Source: an uncultured virus (IMG/VR IMGVR_UViG_3300021426_000069)
Taxonomy: Duplodnaviria; Heunggongvirae; Uroviricota; Caudoviricetes
IMG/VR virus record: IMGVR_UViG_3300021426_000069
Length of the DNA stretch: 64,000 nt
Direction: 5' to 3' (one strand)
Shown here: positions 44,443 through 55,550 of the stretch, in pieces
Position numbering within the stretch: the first letter of the stretch is position 1
Layout of the letters: the number at the start of each line of letters is the position of its first letter
The notes under the pieces: model-generated
The model's input: the letters and a program-made list of their open reading frames with translations, nothing else
What the model was told of the DNA's origin: nothing
Database searches by the model: none
Translations under genes and position numbers: made by a program

Positions 44443-45979
44443 TAGTGTAAAATATGTAGATATATCCGCAATTATTCAGGTTATAGGAAGCGTTTATCAA
44501 AACCCAACGTTACTTGATAATGAAAACTATACTTTTAATACGGATGACTTTACCGAAGAATTTCATAAGATTTTATTCGGTTCAATATATAATTTATATA
44601 AACTTGGAGCAAAAAGTATCACAGTTAATGCTATTGAGGATTATTTAAAAGATAGACCTAAAAGTTTAGCTGTATATAAAACTCATAAAGGTGCTGAGTA
44701 TTTAGAGAAAATATCTAAAAATGTTCAACTTTCTACTTTTGATTATTATTATAAAAGAATGAAAAAAATGACTTTATTAAGAATGTATCAAAAGATAGGA
44801 ATGAATTTATCTTGGTTATATGATATAAATAATATATTAGACGCCAAGAAAAAACAAGCACAAGAGGATTGGTTAGATAGCACTTCTCTTGAAGAAATCG
44901 CAGATATAATTGATGATAAAATAACTGATATTAAAATGAAATATATAGATGATGCAGATGAAGATATGCAACCTGCGGGAAATAATATTATTGAATTAAT
45001 TGAAAGTCTTCAAAAGCATCCTGAACTTGGTTATCCTATGTACGGGCCTCTTATGAACACTGTAACAAGAGGTGCAAGATTAAAAAAGTTCTATTTATTT
45101 AGTGCGGCAACCGGTGTAGGAAAAACAAGGTTTATGGCAAGTCAATTTGCATCTATAGGATGTAATGAACTATATGACAATGCGGTTGGGGCTTGGGTAG
45201 AGAATGGAACCAAAGAGCCTGTAATGTTTGTTACAACCGAACAAGAAATAGATGAAATCCAAACATTATTATTAGCCTTTATAGCGGGGGTAAATGAAAC
45301 CCATATTATTTATAATAACTACGAGGGTGATGAATACGAAAGAGTATTGCACGCTGCGGAAATCATTCAAAAGAGCCCAATATATATTAAAAAACTTCCA
45401 GACTTCTCATTGAAAGATATTGAAAATACAATTAAATATGGTATTAGAGAATGGGGGGTTCGTTATATATTTTTTGATTATCTTCATACGAGTATGAAAA
45501 TATTAAGTGAAGTAACATCAAAAACAGGAATTAAAGGCTTAAGAGAAGATAATGTATTGTTTATGATTTCAATAAGATTAAAAGATTTATGCAATGAATA
45601 TGGTGTATTTATAATGTCTGCTACACAATTGAATGCTGATTATGTTACAGCACAACAATATGACCAAAACTTATTAAGAGGTGCTAAATCAATAGCAGAT
45701 AAAATCGACTTAGGTGCTATCATGTTACAAACTTCACAAGAAGATAAAGAAGCGCTTCGAGAAATTATTGCAAAAGGTGGTTTTGAAGAACCTAATATAA
45801 AAATGTCTATATATAAAAATAGACGTGGACAATATAAAGATATTCTGTTATGGTGTAAAGCAGATAGAGGTCAATGCAAATTTATTCCAATGTTTGCAAC
45901 AGATTATCAATATAAAATGGTAGAAATGACAGATTTAAAAATTAAAATTAATCCAAAAATAGAAAGCTCTGCTTTCTAG
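44435..45979 (+). CDS. dnaB: replicative DnaB-like helicase
   Basis: AATGVGKT Walker A, TTEQ, FFDY, ATQLN, KNRRG. Confidence 0.9.
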   Translation: MSNSVKYVDISAIIQVIGSVYQNPTLLDNENYTFNTDDFTEEFHKILFGSIYNLYKLGAKSITVNAIEDYLKDRPKSLAVYKTHKGAEYLEKISKNVQLSTFDYYYKRMKKMTLLRMYQKIGMNLSWLYDINNILDAKKKQAQEDWLDSTSLEEIADIIDDKITDIKMKYIDDADEDMQPAGNNIIELIESLQKHPELGYPMYGPLMNTVTRGARLKKFYLFSAATGVGKTRFMASQFASIGCNELYDNAVGAWVENGTKEPVMFVTTEQEIDEIQTLLLAFIAGVNETHIIYNNYEGDEYERVLHAAEIIQKSPIYIKKLPDFSLKDIENTIKYGIREWGVRYIFFDYLHTSMKILSEVTSKTGIKGLREDNVLFMISIRLKDLCNEYGVFIMSATQLNADYVTAQQYDQNLLRGAKSIADKIDLGAIMLQTSQEDKEALREIIAKGGFEEPNIKMSIYKNRRGQYKDILLWCKADRGQCKFIPMFATDYQYKMVEMTDLKIKINPKIESSAF

Positions 45980-45994
45980 GAGAAAGAGGTAACG

Positions 45995-46213
45995 ATGTTT
46001 ATGATAACAATAAAAGAAAATGGAAAAACTTACTCTATTGTAAATAGTAGAGAAAAATGGATAGAGATTAACGGTGTTAGATATCCATTCCCAAAAAGAG
46101 CAAAAGGATATTCAGTTTCTCAAATTGATAATCATATTTTTGTTGATGGTTATGAATTCATAGATGGTAAATTTAAAAGAACTTTAAAAGCTCTATATCA
46201 TTTATTCTTCTAA
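45995..46213 (+). CDS. hypothetical protein
   Basis: GAGGT RBS. Confidence 0.6.
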   Translation: MFMITIKENGKTYSIVNSREKWIEINGVRYPFPKRAKGYSVSQIDNHIFVDGYEFIDGKFKRTLKALYHLFF

Positions 46214-46265
46214 TTGAAAAAATCATTAAAAAATGATATAATATATGTAAAGGAGAAAAGATGAG

Positions 46266-47360
46266 ATGGAAAATATAAAAGAATGGTCAGAAAATATAAA
46301 AAATGAATTAACAATAGAACAAGTTTATGATTTATTAATGTCATATGGCGGTGATCCAACAATTAAGGGTGGTTTAATTATTTCTCGAACAATATGCCAC
46401 GGAGGACACAGCCATAAGTTATATTATTACGAAAATACAAAATTATTTAAGTGTTATACAGATTGTCTTGACTCTTTTGATATATATGAGCTAATTATAA
46501 AAATAAATAAATTAAATGGAATTAAAATTTCATTATTTCAAGCAATATCTTATATTATTAATTTTTATGGATTAAGCATTGAGAGTCCATTTTCAGAAAA
46601 TCATGAGGAAGAAATTCAAGATTGGAAAATTCTTAATAGATATGATAGAAATAATTCTCAAGAGAGAAAAGAAAAAATAATGGACTTTGTTTATTATGAT
46701 AAAAGTATTTTAAAATATCTTCCTAGACCGCACATTATACCTTGGGAAGAAGAAGGTATTACTCGAGAAGTTATGATGCATAATGATATATGTTATGACC
46801 CGGTAATGTGTGGAATTGTAATTCCTCATTATAACATTGATGGGGAATTGATAGGAATAAGAGAAAGGACTTTAATAAAAGAAAATGAAGAAAATGGTAA
46901 ATATAAACCAGCGATATTAAATTATAAAATGTATAATCACCCATTAGGTTTTAATTTATATAATTTAAACAATAGCAAACAACAAATAAAAAACTTAAAA
47001 AAAGTAATAGTATTTGAAGGAGAAAAAAGTTGTTTATTATATCAAAGTTATTTTGGAATAGATAATGATATAAGTGTAGCGGTATGCGGAAGTAGCTTAA
47101 TAAATTATCAAGTTCAGTTATTAAAATCTTGTGGAGCAGAAGAAATCTGTATAGCATTCGATAAACAGTTCCAGGAGCTTGGAGATGACGAGTGGAAGAG
47201 CTGGACAAAGAAATTAAAAGATATAAATAAAAAATATGGAGATGAAATACAAATAAGTTTCTTATTTGATAAATGGAACTTATTAGGTTATAAAGACAGT
47301 CCCATCGATCGAGGACCAGAAATATTTATGGAATTATTTAATAGAAGGGTGGTATTGTAA
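46266..47360 (+). CDS. DNA primase (zinc finger + TOPRIM)
   Basis: CH...C..C zinc finger, IPH...G.LIGIR.R, KY, VFEGEK, AFD, KD. Confidence 0.88.
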   Translation: MENIKEWSENIKNELTIEQVYDLLMSYGGDPTIKGGLIISRTICHGGHSHKLYYYENTKLFKCYTDCLDSFDIYELIIKINKLNGIKISLFQAISYIINFYGLSIESPFSENHEEEIQDWKILNRYDRNNSQERKEKIMDFVYYDKSILKYLPRPHIIPWEEEGITREVMMHNDICYDPVMCGIVIPHYNIDGELIGIRERTLIKENEENGKYKPAILNYKMYNHPLGFNLYNLNNSKQQIKNLKKVIVFEGEKSCLLYQSYFGIDNDISVAVCGSSLINYQVQLLKSCGAEEICIAFDKQFQELGDDEWKSWTKKLKDINKKYGDEIQISFLFDKWNLLGYKDSPIDRGPEIFMELFNRRVVL

Positions 47361-47584
47361 TGGATAGAGAAATCATTGAATACAGACAAAAGCATCCTAA
47401 GTGTAAATGGTGCAAGTATTATAAACATCATTATGATGAAGTAGGAATAGACATATATTGTTATGATACTTGTGAATTAAAAGACAAAATTATTTATTTT
47501 ATAAATTTATTAAGGTTATGTAAATATTATCAGGTAGAGGAGGAAGAAGAAAAGAATGAAATTAAAACTACTAGGAGTAAATAA
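47360..47584 (+). CDS. small Cys-rich protein
   Basis: CKWCKYY...C...CKYY. Confidence 0.6.
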   Translation: MDREIIEYRQKHPKCKWCKYYKHHYDEVGIDIYCYDTCELKDKIIYFINLLRLCKYYQVEEEEEKNEIKTTRSK

Positions 47585-49304
47585 TCCAAATTATAGTACA
47601 TTAGAACAAGTTTTAGTAAATAGAAAAATTCCTTACAATGAAACTCATCATTATATGAATACTTCTGACGCCGATATTTCTGATCCAACCGCATTTGGAG
47701 ATTGTATAGAGAAAGGTGCAAAAATGTTAGTATCTAACATTCAACAAGAGTCAAACACCCTAGTTATTTGTGATTGCGATTGTGATGGTTTTACAGCGGC
47801 TGCACTTTTAATAAATTATTTGAATGACTCATTTCCTAGCTTTGTACAAAACAATCTAAAATGGTATGTTCATGAAGGAAAACAACATGGATTATCAGAT
47901 TGTATGGATTATATAAATCAAAAAGATTTTAAATTTATTATCGTTCCAGATGCTGGTAGTAACGATTATGAATTACACAAAGAACTTAAAGACCGTGGAA
48001 TTGATATTCTAGTAATGGATCACCACGAAGCTGAGTATATTAGTGAAGATGCTTGCATTATCAACAATCAGTTAAGTAATTACCCAAATAAAGAATTATC
48101 CGGGGTTGGAGTCACTTGGCAATTTTGTAGATATTTAGATAGATTGTTAGGAACATCATATGCCGATTATTATATAGATTTAGTAGCTCTTGGAAATACA
48201 GGAGATATGATGAGTTTAACATCAATAGAAACAAAACATTTAATAAATAAAGGTTTTCTACCTGAAAATATCCACAATCCATATATTTATGAAATGTGGC
48301 AAAAAAACAAATTCAAACTTGGAGAACATATAACTTCGATTGATGCAGCATTTTATATAGTTCCAATGATAAATGCAGTTCAAAGAAGTGGTAGTATTGA
48401 AGAAAAAGAATTATTATTCAAATCTATGTTAAAATCAGATGCTTTTAAAATGATACCTTCAAACAAAAGAGGACATAAACCAGGTGAAGAAGAAAGATTA
48501 GTAGATCAAGCAGTTAGAATGTCTACAAATGTAAAAAATAGACAAACAAGAACGCAGGATGCGGGAATGGAATTACTAGAAAAGAAAATTGAAAAAGAAG
48601 GTCTATTAAAACATAAAGTCTTATTATTTACATTAAAAGATGGACAAGTAGATAGAAATATAGCTGGTTTAATTGCTAATAAACTTGCTGCAAAATATCA
48701 AAGACCTTGTTGTGTTATTACTGAAACTGATAATAATTATCAAGGAAGCGCAAGAGGATATGAAACATCAGGGTTAACTAATTTTAAAGATATATGTGAA
48801 GAAAGTGGCGTAGAGTGGGCTCAAGGTCATCAAAACGCATTTGGTGTATGTATCGCCGCAGATAAATTAGAAAGTTTCATAGATAATACTGATAGAGCTC
48901 TTGCTGATATGAGTTCTGAACCAGTATACTATGTTGATTATATTTATACAGGCGGAGATGTAAATCCACAAGATATATTAACTATTGGCGGATTAAAAGA
49001 ACTATGGGGAAAAGATTTTAACGAAGCTATGGTAGCAATAAAAGATTTAAAAGTTAGTAAAGATATGGTTCAAGTATATAGAAAATCAAGTAATACATTA
49101 AAAATTACTTTACCAAATAAAGTTAATATAATGAAGTTTAATGCTACTGATGAAGAATGTGAAATGTTAGAAAATCAAACTGGAGCTTATGTTCAAATGG
49201 ATGTAGTAGGAACTTGTCATATAAACGAGTTCTTCGGAAATGTAACACCTCAGATTTTTATGGAAGAGTATGAGATTACAGGTTCTGGAAAATACTTATT
49301 CTAA
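47556..49304 (+). CDS. recJ: RecJ-like ssDNA exonuclease (DHH family)
   Basis: DCDCDG, HG, PDAG, DHH, GSAR, GH..A.G. Confidence 0.92.
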   Translation: MKLKLLGVNNPNYSTLEQVLVNRKIPYNETHHYMNTSDADISDPTAFGDCIEKGAKMLVSNIQQESNTLVICDCDCDGFTAAALLINYLNDSFPSFVQNNLKWYVHEGKQHGLSDCMDYINQKDFKFIIVPDAGSNDYELHKELKDRGIDILVMDHHEAEYISEDACIINNQLSNYPNKELSGVGVTWQFCRYLDRLLGTSYADYYIDLVALGNTGDMMSLTSIETKHLINKGFLPENIHNPYIYEMWQKNKFKLGEHITSIDAAFYIVPMINAVQRSGSIEEKELLFKSMLKSDAFKMIPSNKRGHKPGEEERLVDQAVRMSTNVKNRQTRTQDAGMELLEKKIEKEGLLKHKVLLFTLKDGQVDRNIAGLIANKLAAKYQRPCCVITETDNNYQGSARGYETSGLTNFKDICEESGVEWAQGHQNAFGVCIAADKLESFIDNTDRALADMSSEPVYYVDYIYTGGDVNPQDILTIGGLKELWGKDFNEAMVAIKDLKVSKDMVQVYRKSSNTLKITLPNKVNIMKFNATDEECEMLENQTGAYVQMDVVGTCHINEFFGNVTPQIFMEEYEITGSGKYLF

Positions 49305-49390
49305 AAGCATAAGCTTTTAGCTTTTTATTGATTTTAAATAATAATTATGATATAATATATATATAGAAATAAAGAAAAAGGAGAAAAGAA

Positions 49391-49663
49391 ATGATAAAAG
49401 ATATTATTTTTAACTTTTTAGATTATATTGAAGAAAGATTTCATTTTACATCAAAAGATTTACAATTAGTAATGTGTTATACAACTTATCTTGAATTTTA
49501 TAGAGAAGTTGGGTATGACTACCCTGCACAATTAGGGTACGACAACGACAAAAATGTTGAGATTTATTATGGTATGGCGGTAAGGAAAGATGAAGAAGCG
49601 CTACCAGGTCTTATTTATATAGTAAAAGATAAAGTTGTATTAGGAGTTTTTAAAGTAATGTAA
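49391..49663 (+). CDS. hypothetical protein
   Basis: Own promoter and RBS. Confidence 0.65.
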   Translation: MIKDIIFNFLDYIEERFHFTSKDLQLVMCYTTYLEFYREVGYDYPAQLGYDNDKNVEIYYGMAVRKDEEALPGLIYIVKDKVVLGVFKVM

Positions 49664-49675
49664 GGAGGCGTAAAA

Positions 49676-50872
49676 ATGGAACTTAATGAAAAGCAAAGAC
49701 AAGGTTTACAAATAGCAGTAGACCGCTATAATTCAGGAAAAAAATGTACTATTATTTCAGGGTATGCTGGTACTGGTAAATCTACATTAGTTAAGTTTAT
49801 CATTTCCGCTCTACACGTTGAAGATAAAGATGTTGTTTATACTAGTTTCACAGGAAAAGCAACTCAAGTATTAGCAAAAAAAGGTAACACTAATACAAGA
49901 ACTTTACATAAGCTATTGTTTATTAGTCACCCTAAACCAGATGGAACATATGTTAGAATTCCTGTAACAACTATCCCTTATAAAATAGTTGTAGTAGACG
50001 AAGTCTCTATGGTTCCAAAGTCATTGATGGAAAAATTGGCATCATATCCTAATATTTATATTTTGTGTTTAGGCGATCCATTTCAATTACCACCAATAAA
50101 TAAAAATGAAGATAATCATTTACTTGACCACGCTCATATATTTTTAGATGAGGTTATGCGTCAAGAGGAAGGCTCTGAAATAGTTCAACTTTCTATGAAA
50201 ATCAGAAATAGAGAGCCTATTGGTACTTATAAAGGGAAACAGGTTCAAATATTTTCAAGAGCAGAATTAAATACGGGTATGTTACAGTGGGCTGACCAGA
50301 TATTAGTTGCTACTAATGATACTAGAAAAAAAATAAATGCTCAAATGAGAGATTTATTAGGTCACTCTGGAGATCCTGAAGATGGAGATAAAATTATTTG
50401 TTATAGAAATTATTGGGAAGATGAATGTCAGGGCGGCAGCGCCTTAGTAAATGGAACTATTGGGACAATAAAAGATAGTTATTCATCTTTTGAGATTATA
50501 CCGGGAATGTTAAATAAACTTCATTATGGACAGCCTAGAAGAATTGAAACATTAAATTGTGATTTCGTTGAAGAAGGCGGAGAGGTTTATTCCGATTTAA
50601 TTATGGATAAAAATATGATATTAACGGGAGAAAAAACTTTAGATTGGAAAACTGAATACGCTATTAGTCAAAATAAATTATATAGACATTTATTACCATA
50701 TGAATTTACTTATGGCTATGCTATCACAACTCATAGAGCTCAAGGTTCAGAATGGGATAAAGTATTAGTTATCGAAGAAAAGTTTCCTTTTAATGAAGAA
50801 GAACACGCTAGATGGTTATATACAGCGGTAACTCGTGCATCTGAGAAGCTGGTACTCATCCGCGCAGACTAA
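49676..50872 (+). CDS. RecD/Dda-like SF1 helicase
   Basis: GYAGTGKST, DEVSM, GDPFQLPP, YAITTHRAQGSE, YTAVTRA. Confidence 0.92.
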   Translation: MELNEKQRQGLQIAVDRYNSGKKCTIISGYAGTGKSTLVKFIISALHVEDKDVVYTSFTGKATQVLAKKGNTNTRTLHKLLFISHPKPDGTYVRIPVTTIPYKIVVVDEVSMVPKSLMEKLASYPNIYILCLGDPFQLPPINKNEDNHLLDHAHIFLDEVMRQEEGSEIVQLSMKIRNREPIGTYKGKQVQIFSRAELNTGMLQWADQILVATNDTRKKINAQMRDLLGHSGDPEDGDKIICYRNYWEDECQGGSALVNGTIGTIKDSYSSFEIIPGMLNKLHYGQPRRIETLNCDFVEEGGEVYSDLIMDKNMILTGEKTLDWKTEYAISQNKLYRHLLPYEFTYGYAITTHRAQGSEWDKVLVIEEKFPFNEEEHARWLYTAVTRASEKLVLIRAD

Positions 50873-50927
50873 CTTGATTTTTATTAAAAAATATGATATA
50901 ATATATATAAGAAAGGTGGAAATATTT

Positions 50928-53900
50928 ATGAATAAAAGGTTTGAAGTTCATAGTCATACTCACTATTCGAATTTAAGATTATTAGATTGTATTAATAGAC
51001 CTAAAGATTTAATTAACAGAGCTATTGCGTTAGGATTAGCTGGTATAGCAATAACTGACCATGAAGCTTTATGTGGTCATATAGAAATAAATATGTATCA
51101 ACAGGAGTTATTAAAAGAACATCCTGATTTTAAAGTGGCTTTAGGAAATGAAATATATTTAACTGATACTCGTGATATGGGACAAAGATATTATCACTTT
51201 ATCTTAATAGCAAAAAATAAAGAAGGACATAGAGCGTTAAGAGAATTATCTTCAAGAGCCTGGATGAATAGTTATTGGGATAGAGGTATGGAAAGAGTTC
51301 CAACTTTAAAAAGTGATATAGAAGAAATTATGAAAAAGTATCCTGGAACTTTAATAGCAACAACAGCATGTTTAGGTGGAGAGTTAAGTGTTAATACTTT
51401 AAACTTAATAAATGCAGAAGCAACAGGAGATAAGAATGGTGCGGAAATAGCTCATAACAATATAGTTAATTTTATGTTATGGTGCAAAGAAATATTTAAA
51501 GATGATTTTTATGTAGAATGTGCGCCAGGTGCATCTAGAGATCAAATATTAGTAAATAAAAGATTAGTTTCTATTGCACAAGCATTTGGATTAAAAATGG
51601 TAATTGGTTCAGATGCCCATTATTTAAAGAAAGAAGATAGATATGTTCATAAAGCATATTTAAACTCAAAAGGTGGAGAAAGAGAAGTAGATGAATTTTA
51701 TGAATTTGCATATCTTCAAACAAATGAAGAAATTATAGAAAATTTGAAAAAATCTGATTTCAGCGAAGATTATATAATGCAAATGTTTGATAATAGTTAT
51801 GGTATTTTTGAAAAAATAGAAAACTTTAGTTTAGCACATAAACAAACAATTCCAAAGGTTAGTGTACCTGATTATCCAAAGAAAAGTTTTGATAAAGAAC
51901 ATTATCCTATATTAGCATCTATGTTTGAATCAGATGATAAAGTAAATAGATATTGGGTTAATAAGTGTGTAGATAAACTAGAAAAATTAGATTTATATAA
52001 TGACACATATTTGAGTAGATTAGAGGAAGAAGCAGATATTAAACAAACAATAAGTGAAAAACTTGAAACAAATATGTTTAGTTATCCAGTAACTCTAGAA
52101 CATTATGTTAATTTGTTCTGGGAGTGCGGAAGTATGGTTGGAGCAGGACGTGGATCAAGTTGTTCAGGTTTAAACCATTATCTTTTAGGAATAACTCAAT
52201 TAGATCCGATTAAATGGAATCTTCCATTCTGGAGATATTTGAATAAAGAAAGAGTTGAATTAGGAGATATAGATTTAGACTTATGTCCAAGTAAAAGACC
52301 AAGAATATTAAATGAAATTAAAAAAGAAAGAGGTCAATTCTTTAGACCTGATATAGATGAATTAAGTAGAGAAAATTTAGGTTGTACTTTAATAGCAACA
52401 TTTGGAACTGAAGGAACTCGTTCAACAATTTTAACAGCTTGTAGAGGTTATCGTGCAGAGGGATTCCCAGATGGTATAGATGTTGATACAGCTCAATATT
52501 TATCATCATTAATTCCTAGTGAACGTGGATTTTTATGGTCATTAAGTGATGTTGTTAATGGTAACCCTGAAAAAGATAGAAAACCAATAACTTTATTTAT
52601 AAATGAAGTTAATCAATATCCTGGATTATTAGATATAATGATTGGTATTGAAGGTTTAGTAAATAAAAGAAGTAGCCATGCTTCAGGAGTAATATTATTT
52701 GATGAAGATCCATACGAATTTGGTTCATTTATGAGAACTCCAAAAGGAGAAATTATTACAGCATATGATTTACATATGTGTGAAGCAGCAGGTATGACAA
52801 AATATGACTTCTTAGTAACAGAAGTTCAAGATAAATTAACAGAAGCAATAAGATTATTGCAAGATTATGGAGAGGTTGAAAGTAATTTAACATTAAGAGA
52901 AATTTATGATAAATATTTTCACCCAAATGTTCTTCCTATTGAAGATCAAAATATATGGAAAGCTCTTCAAGAGAATAGTGTTTTAAATATCTTTCAATTT
53001 GATAGTGAAGTAGGTAGTCAAGCAGCAAAGAAAATTAAACCTAAGTCAATGTTAGAAATGGCGGATGCAAATGGATTAATGAGACTTATGACTGCCGAAA
53101 AAGGTCAAGAATCTCCAATGGATAAATATATTAGATATAAAAATAATATTAACTTATGGTATCAAGAAATGGATAATTATGGATTAACAAAACAAGAGCA
53201 AGAGTATCTTAAACCTTATTTTGAAAGTTCATATGGAGTTCCACCAAGTCAAGAGCAATTAATGAGAATGTTAATGGACGAACATTTATGTAATTTCTCA
53301 CTTAAAGATGCGAATGCAGCTCGTAAAGTTGTAGGTAAGAAACAAATGAATAAAATCCCAGCATTAAGACAACAAGTATTAGATCAGGCGGCAAGTCCTT
53401 GTTTGGGAAATTATATCTGGACATGTGGAGTTGGACCTCAAATGGGATATTCATTTAGTATCATTCACGCATTAGCATATTCATTTATAGGTTTCCAAAC
53501 AATGTATATAGCAACAAGATGGAATCCAATATATTGGAATACAGCATGTTTAATTGTTAATAGCGGAAGTCTTGAAGAAGAAAGTGATTTTGAAGAAGAT
53601 GAAGATACAGGTGAAGTAGCAAAGAAAAAAGAAAAAACAACTGATTATGGGAAAATTGCAAAAGCGCTTGGAGATATTATTAGTAAAGGAATTAAAGTAA
53701 GTTTAGTAGATATAAATAAATCAAGTTATAGTTTTGAGCCAGATGCAGATAATAATGTAATATTATTTGGTATGAAAGCATTAAGTAATGTAGGAGGTCC
53801 AATAATAGACAAAATAATTGCAAATAGACCATATATTGGAATAGCAGATTTTATGGCAAGATGTCCATTAAATAAAAGTGCAATGTTTAGTTTAATTAAA

Positions 53901-54875
53901 GCTGGTGCATTTGATAAAGTAGAAGAAAAATGGGCTAAAGAGTTGGGGGTAGAATCAAGACAACTAGTTATGACATATTACATCTCAAAAGTTTGTGAAG
54001 CAAAGAAAAGAATAACATTACAAAACTTTAATGGTTTGATACAACATGATTTAATTCCTGAAGAATTAGATTTACAAAAAAGAGTATTTAACTTTACAAA
54101 ATATTTAAAAGCAAATAAAAAGGTTGGTAAATACTTCGTATTTGATAATATATGTGAAGAATTTTATAGTAAATATTTTGATATGGATTTATTAGAAGTT
54201 ATAAATGGATTAACTTGTATAGAACAAACTAAATGGGAAAAAATTTATAAATCAACAATGGATAAGGCAAGAGACTGGATAAAAGAAAATCAAAATGAAA
54301 TTTTAGAAAAATTTAATACAATATTATTTAAAGAAATGTGGGACAAATATGCAGGAAAAAGTATTAGTGCATATGAAATGGAATCTTTATGCTTCTATTA
54401 TCATGAACACGAATTAAAAAATGTTAAAATAAATAAATATGGTATAGTAGATTTTAATGATTTATCATCAGAGCCTGCAATAGATTATTTCTTTAAGAGA
54501 AATGGAAGAGATTTACCTATTTATAAAATAAGTAAAATTATTGGAACTGTTATTGGAAAGAATGATACACGTTCATCAATCACATTATTAACAACAACAG
54601 GAGTAGTAAATGTAAAGTTTACAAAAGAATATTTTGCAATGTATAACCGACAACTATCAGAGAAACAACCTGACGGAACTAAAAAGGTAGTTGAAAAAGG
54701 TTGGTTTACAAGAGGTGTTAAGTTATTAGTGGCTGGATATAGACGTGATGATACATTTGTAGCAAAAACTTATAAAAATAATGGTTTTCATCAAATATAT
54801 AAAATTGTGAATGTAACTGATAATGGAGAATTAGAGTTAGTTCATGATAGACAAGGAATGGGCGACAATGAATAA
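50928..54875 (+). CDS. dnaE: DNA polymerase III alpha subunit (family C)
   Basis: PHP HSHTHYS..TDH, GRGSS, DIDLD, HASG, KYDFL, YSFS..HA.AY; start adjusted to ATG 50928. Confidence 0.95.
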   Translation: MNKRFEVHSHTHYSNLRLLDCINRPKDLINRAIALGLAGIAITDHEALCGHIEINMYQQELLKEHPDFKVALGNEIYLTDTRDMGQRYYHFILIAKNKEGHRALRELSSRAWMNSYWDRGMERVPTLKSDIEEIMKKYPGTLIATTACLGGELSVNTLNLINAEATGDKNGAEIAHNNIVNFMLWCKEIFKDDFYVECAPGASRDQILVNKRLVSIAQAFGLKMVIGSDAHYLKKEDRYVHKAYLNSKGGEREVDEFYEFAYLQTNEEIIENLKKSDFSEDYIMQMFDNSYGIFEKIENFSLAHKQTIPKVSVPDYPKKSFDKEHYPILASMFESDDKVNRYWVNKCVDKLEKLDLYNDTYLSRLEEEADIKQTISEKLETNMFSYPVTLEHYVNLFWECGSMVGAGRGSSCSGLNHYLLGITQLDPIKWNLPFWRYLNKERVELGDIDLDLCPSKRPRILNEIKKERGQFFRPDIDELSRENLGCTLIATFGTEGTRSTILTACRGYRAEGFPDGIDVDTAQYLSSLIPSERGFLWSLSDVVNGNPEKDRKPITLFINEVNQYPGLLDIMIGIEGLVNKRSSHASGVILFDEDPYEFGSFMRTPKGEIITAYDLHMCEAAGMTKYDFLVTEVQDKLTEAIRLLQDYGEVESNLTLREIYDKYFHPNVLPIEDQNIWKALQENSVLNIFQFDSEVGSQAAKKIKPKSMLEMADANGLMRLMTAEKGQESPMDKYIRYKNNINLWYQEMDNYGLTKQEQEYLKPYFESSYGVPPSQEQLMRMLMDEHLCNFSLKDANAARKVVGKKQMNKIPALRQQVLDQAASPCLGNYIWTCGVGPQMGYSFSIIHALAYSFIGFQTMYIATRWNPIYWNTACLIVNSGSLEEESDFEEDEDTGEVAKKKEKTTDYGKIAKALGDIISKGIKVSLVDINKSSYSFEPDADNNVILFGMKALSNVGGPIIDKIIANRPYIGIADFMARCPLNKSAMFSLIKAGAFDKVEEKWAKELGVESRQLVMTYYISKVCEAKKRITLQNFNGLIQHDLIPEELDLQKRVFNFTKYLKANKKVGKYFVFDNICEEFYSKYFDMDLLEVINGLTCIEQTKWEKIYKSTMDKARDWIKENQNEILEKFNTILFKEMWDKYAGKSISAYEMESLCFYYHEHELKNVKINKYGIVDFNDLSSEPAIDYFFKRNGRDLPIYKISKIIGTVIGKNDTRSSITLLTTTGVVNVKFTKEYFAMYNRQLSEKQPDGTKKVVEKGWFTRGVKLLVAGYRRDDTFVAKTYKNNGFHQIYKIVNVTDNGELELVHDRQGMGDNE

Positions 54876-55455
54876 AATAAAAGTTATCGCTCTTTTTGGG
54901 AAAAGTGCTAGCGGAAAGGACAGTATTCAGAAATGGATAATTAAGTCCTTCCCATCAGCAACGCATAGTATTATAAGCTGTACAACTAGACCAAAAAGAG
55001 ATTATGAAGAAGATAAAAAAGATTATTTCTTTTTAACAAATGAAGAGTTTACAAATAAAGTTTTAGATGGCTCAATGCTAGAAGCAACAGAGTTCAATAA
55101 TTGGTTTTATGGAACTCCAATAGAAGCATTAAATAAAGATAAAATTAATGTTGGCGTTTTCAATCCTGCGGGAATTGATGCTCTTTTAGCTGACTCCCGC
55201 ATAGAAGTTATTCCTCTTTATATTTTAGCTCCTGATAAAATTAGACTATTAAGAAGTTTAAATCGTGAAGAGAATCCCGATTGTGCGGAAATCTGTAGAA
55301 GATATTTTACTGATGCGGAAGATTTTGCAGACATTGAATGGGATTATATTCCTATATTTAATATTGGAACTACTTTTGAATTTGATTTAAATGCATATGC
55401 AGACTACATATATAATTTTGATAAGATTTATGCCGAGTTAGGCGCGGAAGATTAA
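54868..55455 (+). CDS. gmk: guanylate kinase
   Basis: GKSASGKD, TTRPKR..E....Y.F, YGT. Confidence 0.88.
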   Translation: MNKIKVIALFGKSASGKDSIQKWIIKSFPSATHSIISCTTRPKRDYEEDKKDYFFLTNEEFTNKVLDGSMLEATEFNNWFYGTPIEALNKDKINVGVFNPAGIDALLADSRIEVIPLYILAPDKIRLLRSLNREENPDCAEICRRYFTDAEDFADIEWDYIPIFNIGTTFEFDLNAYADYIYNFDKIYAELGAED

Positions 55456-55550
55456 GGTCTAAATAAATTAATTATCATATGCAAACTTTTAAATATAACT
55501 GAGGAAACGTTTGACATCCTTAAAATATTTTAAATAACTAGGAGGTAAAA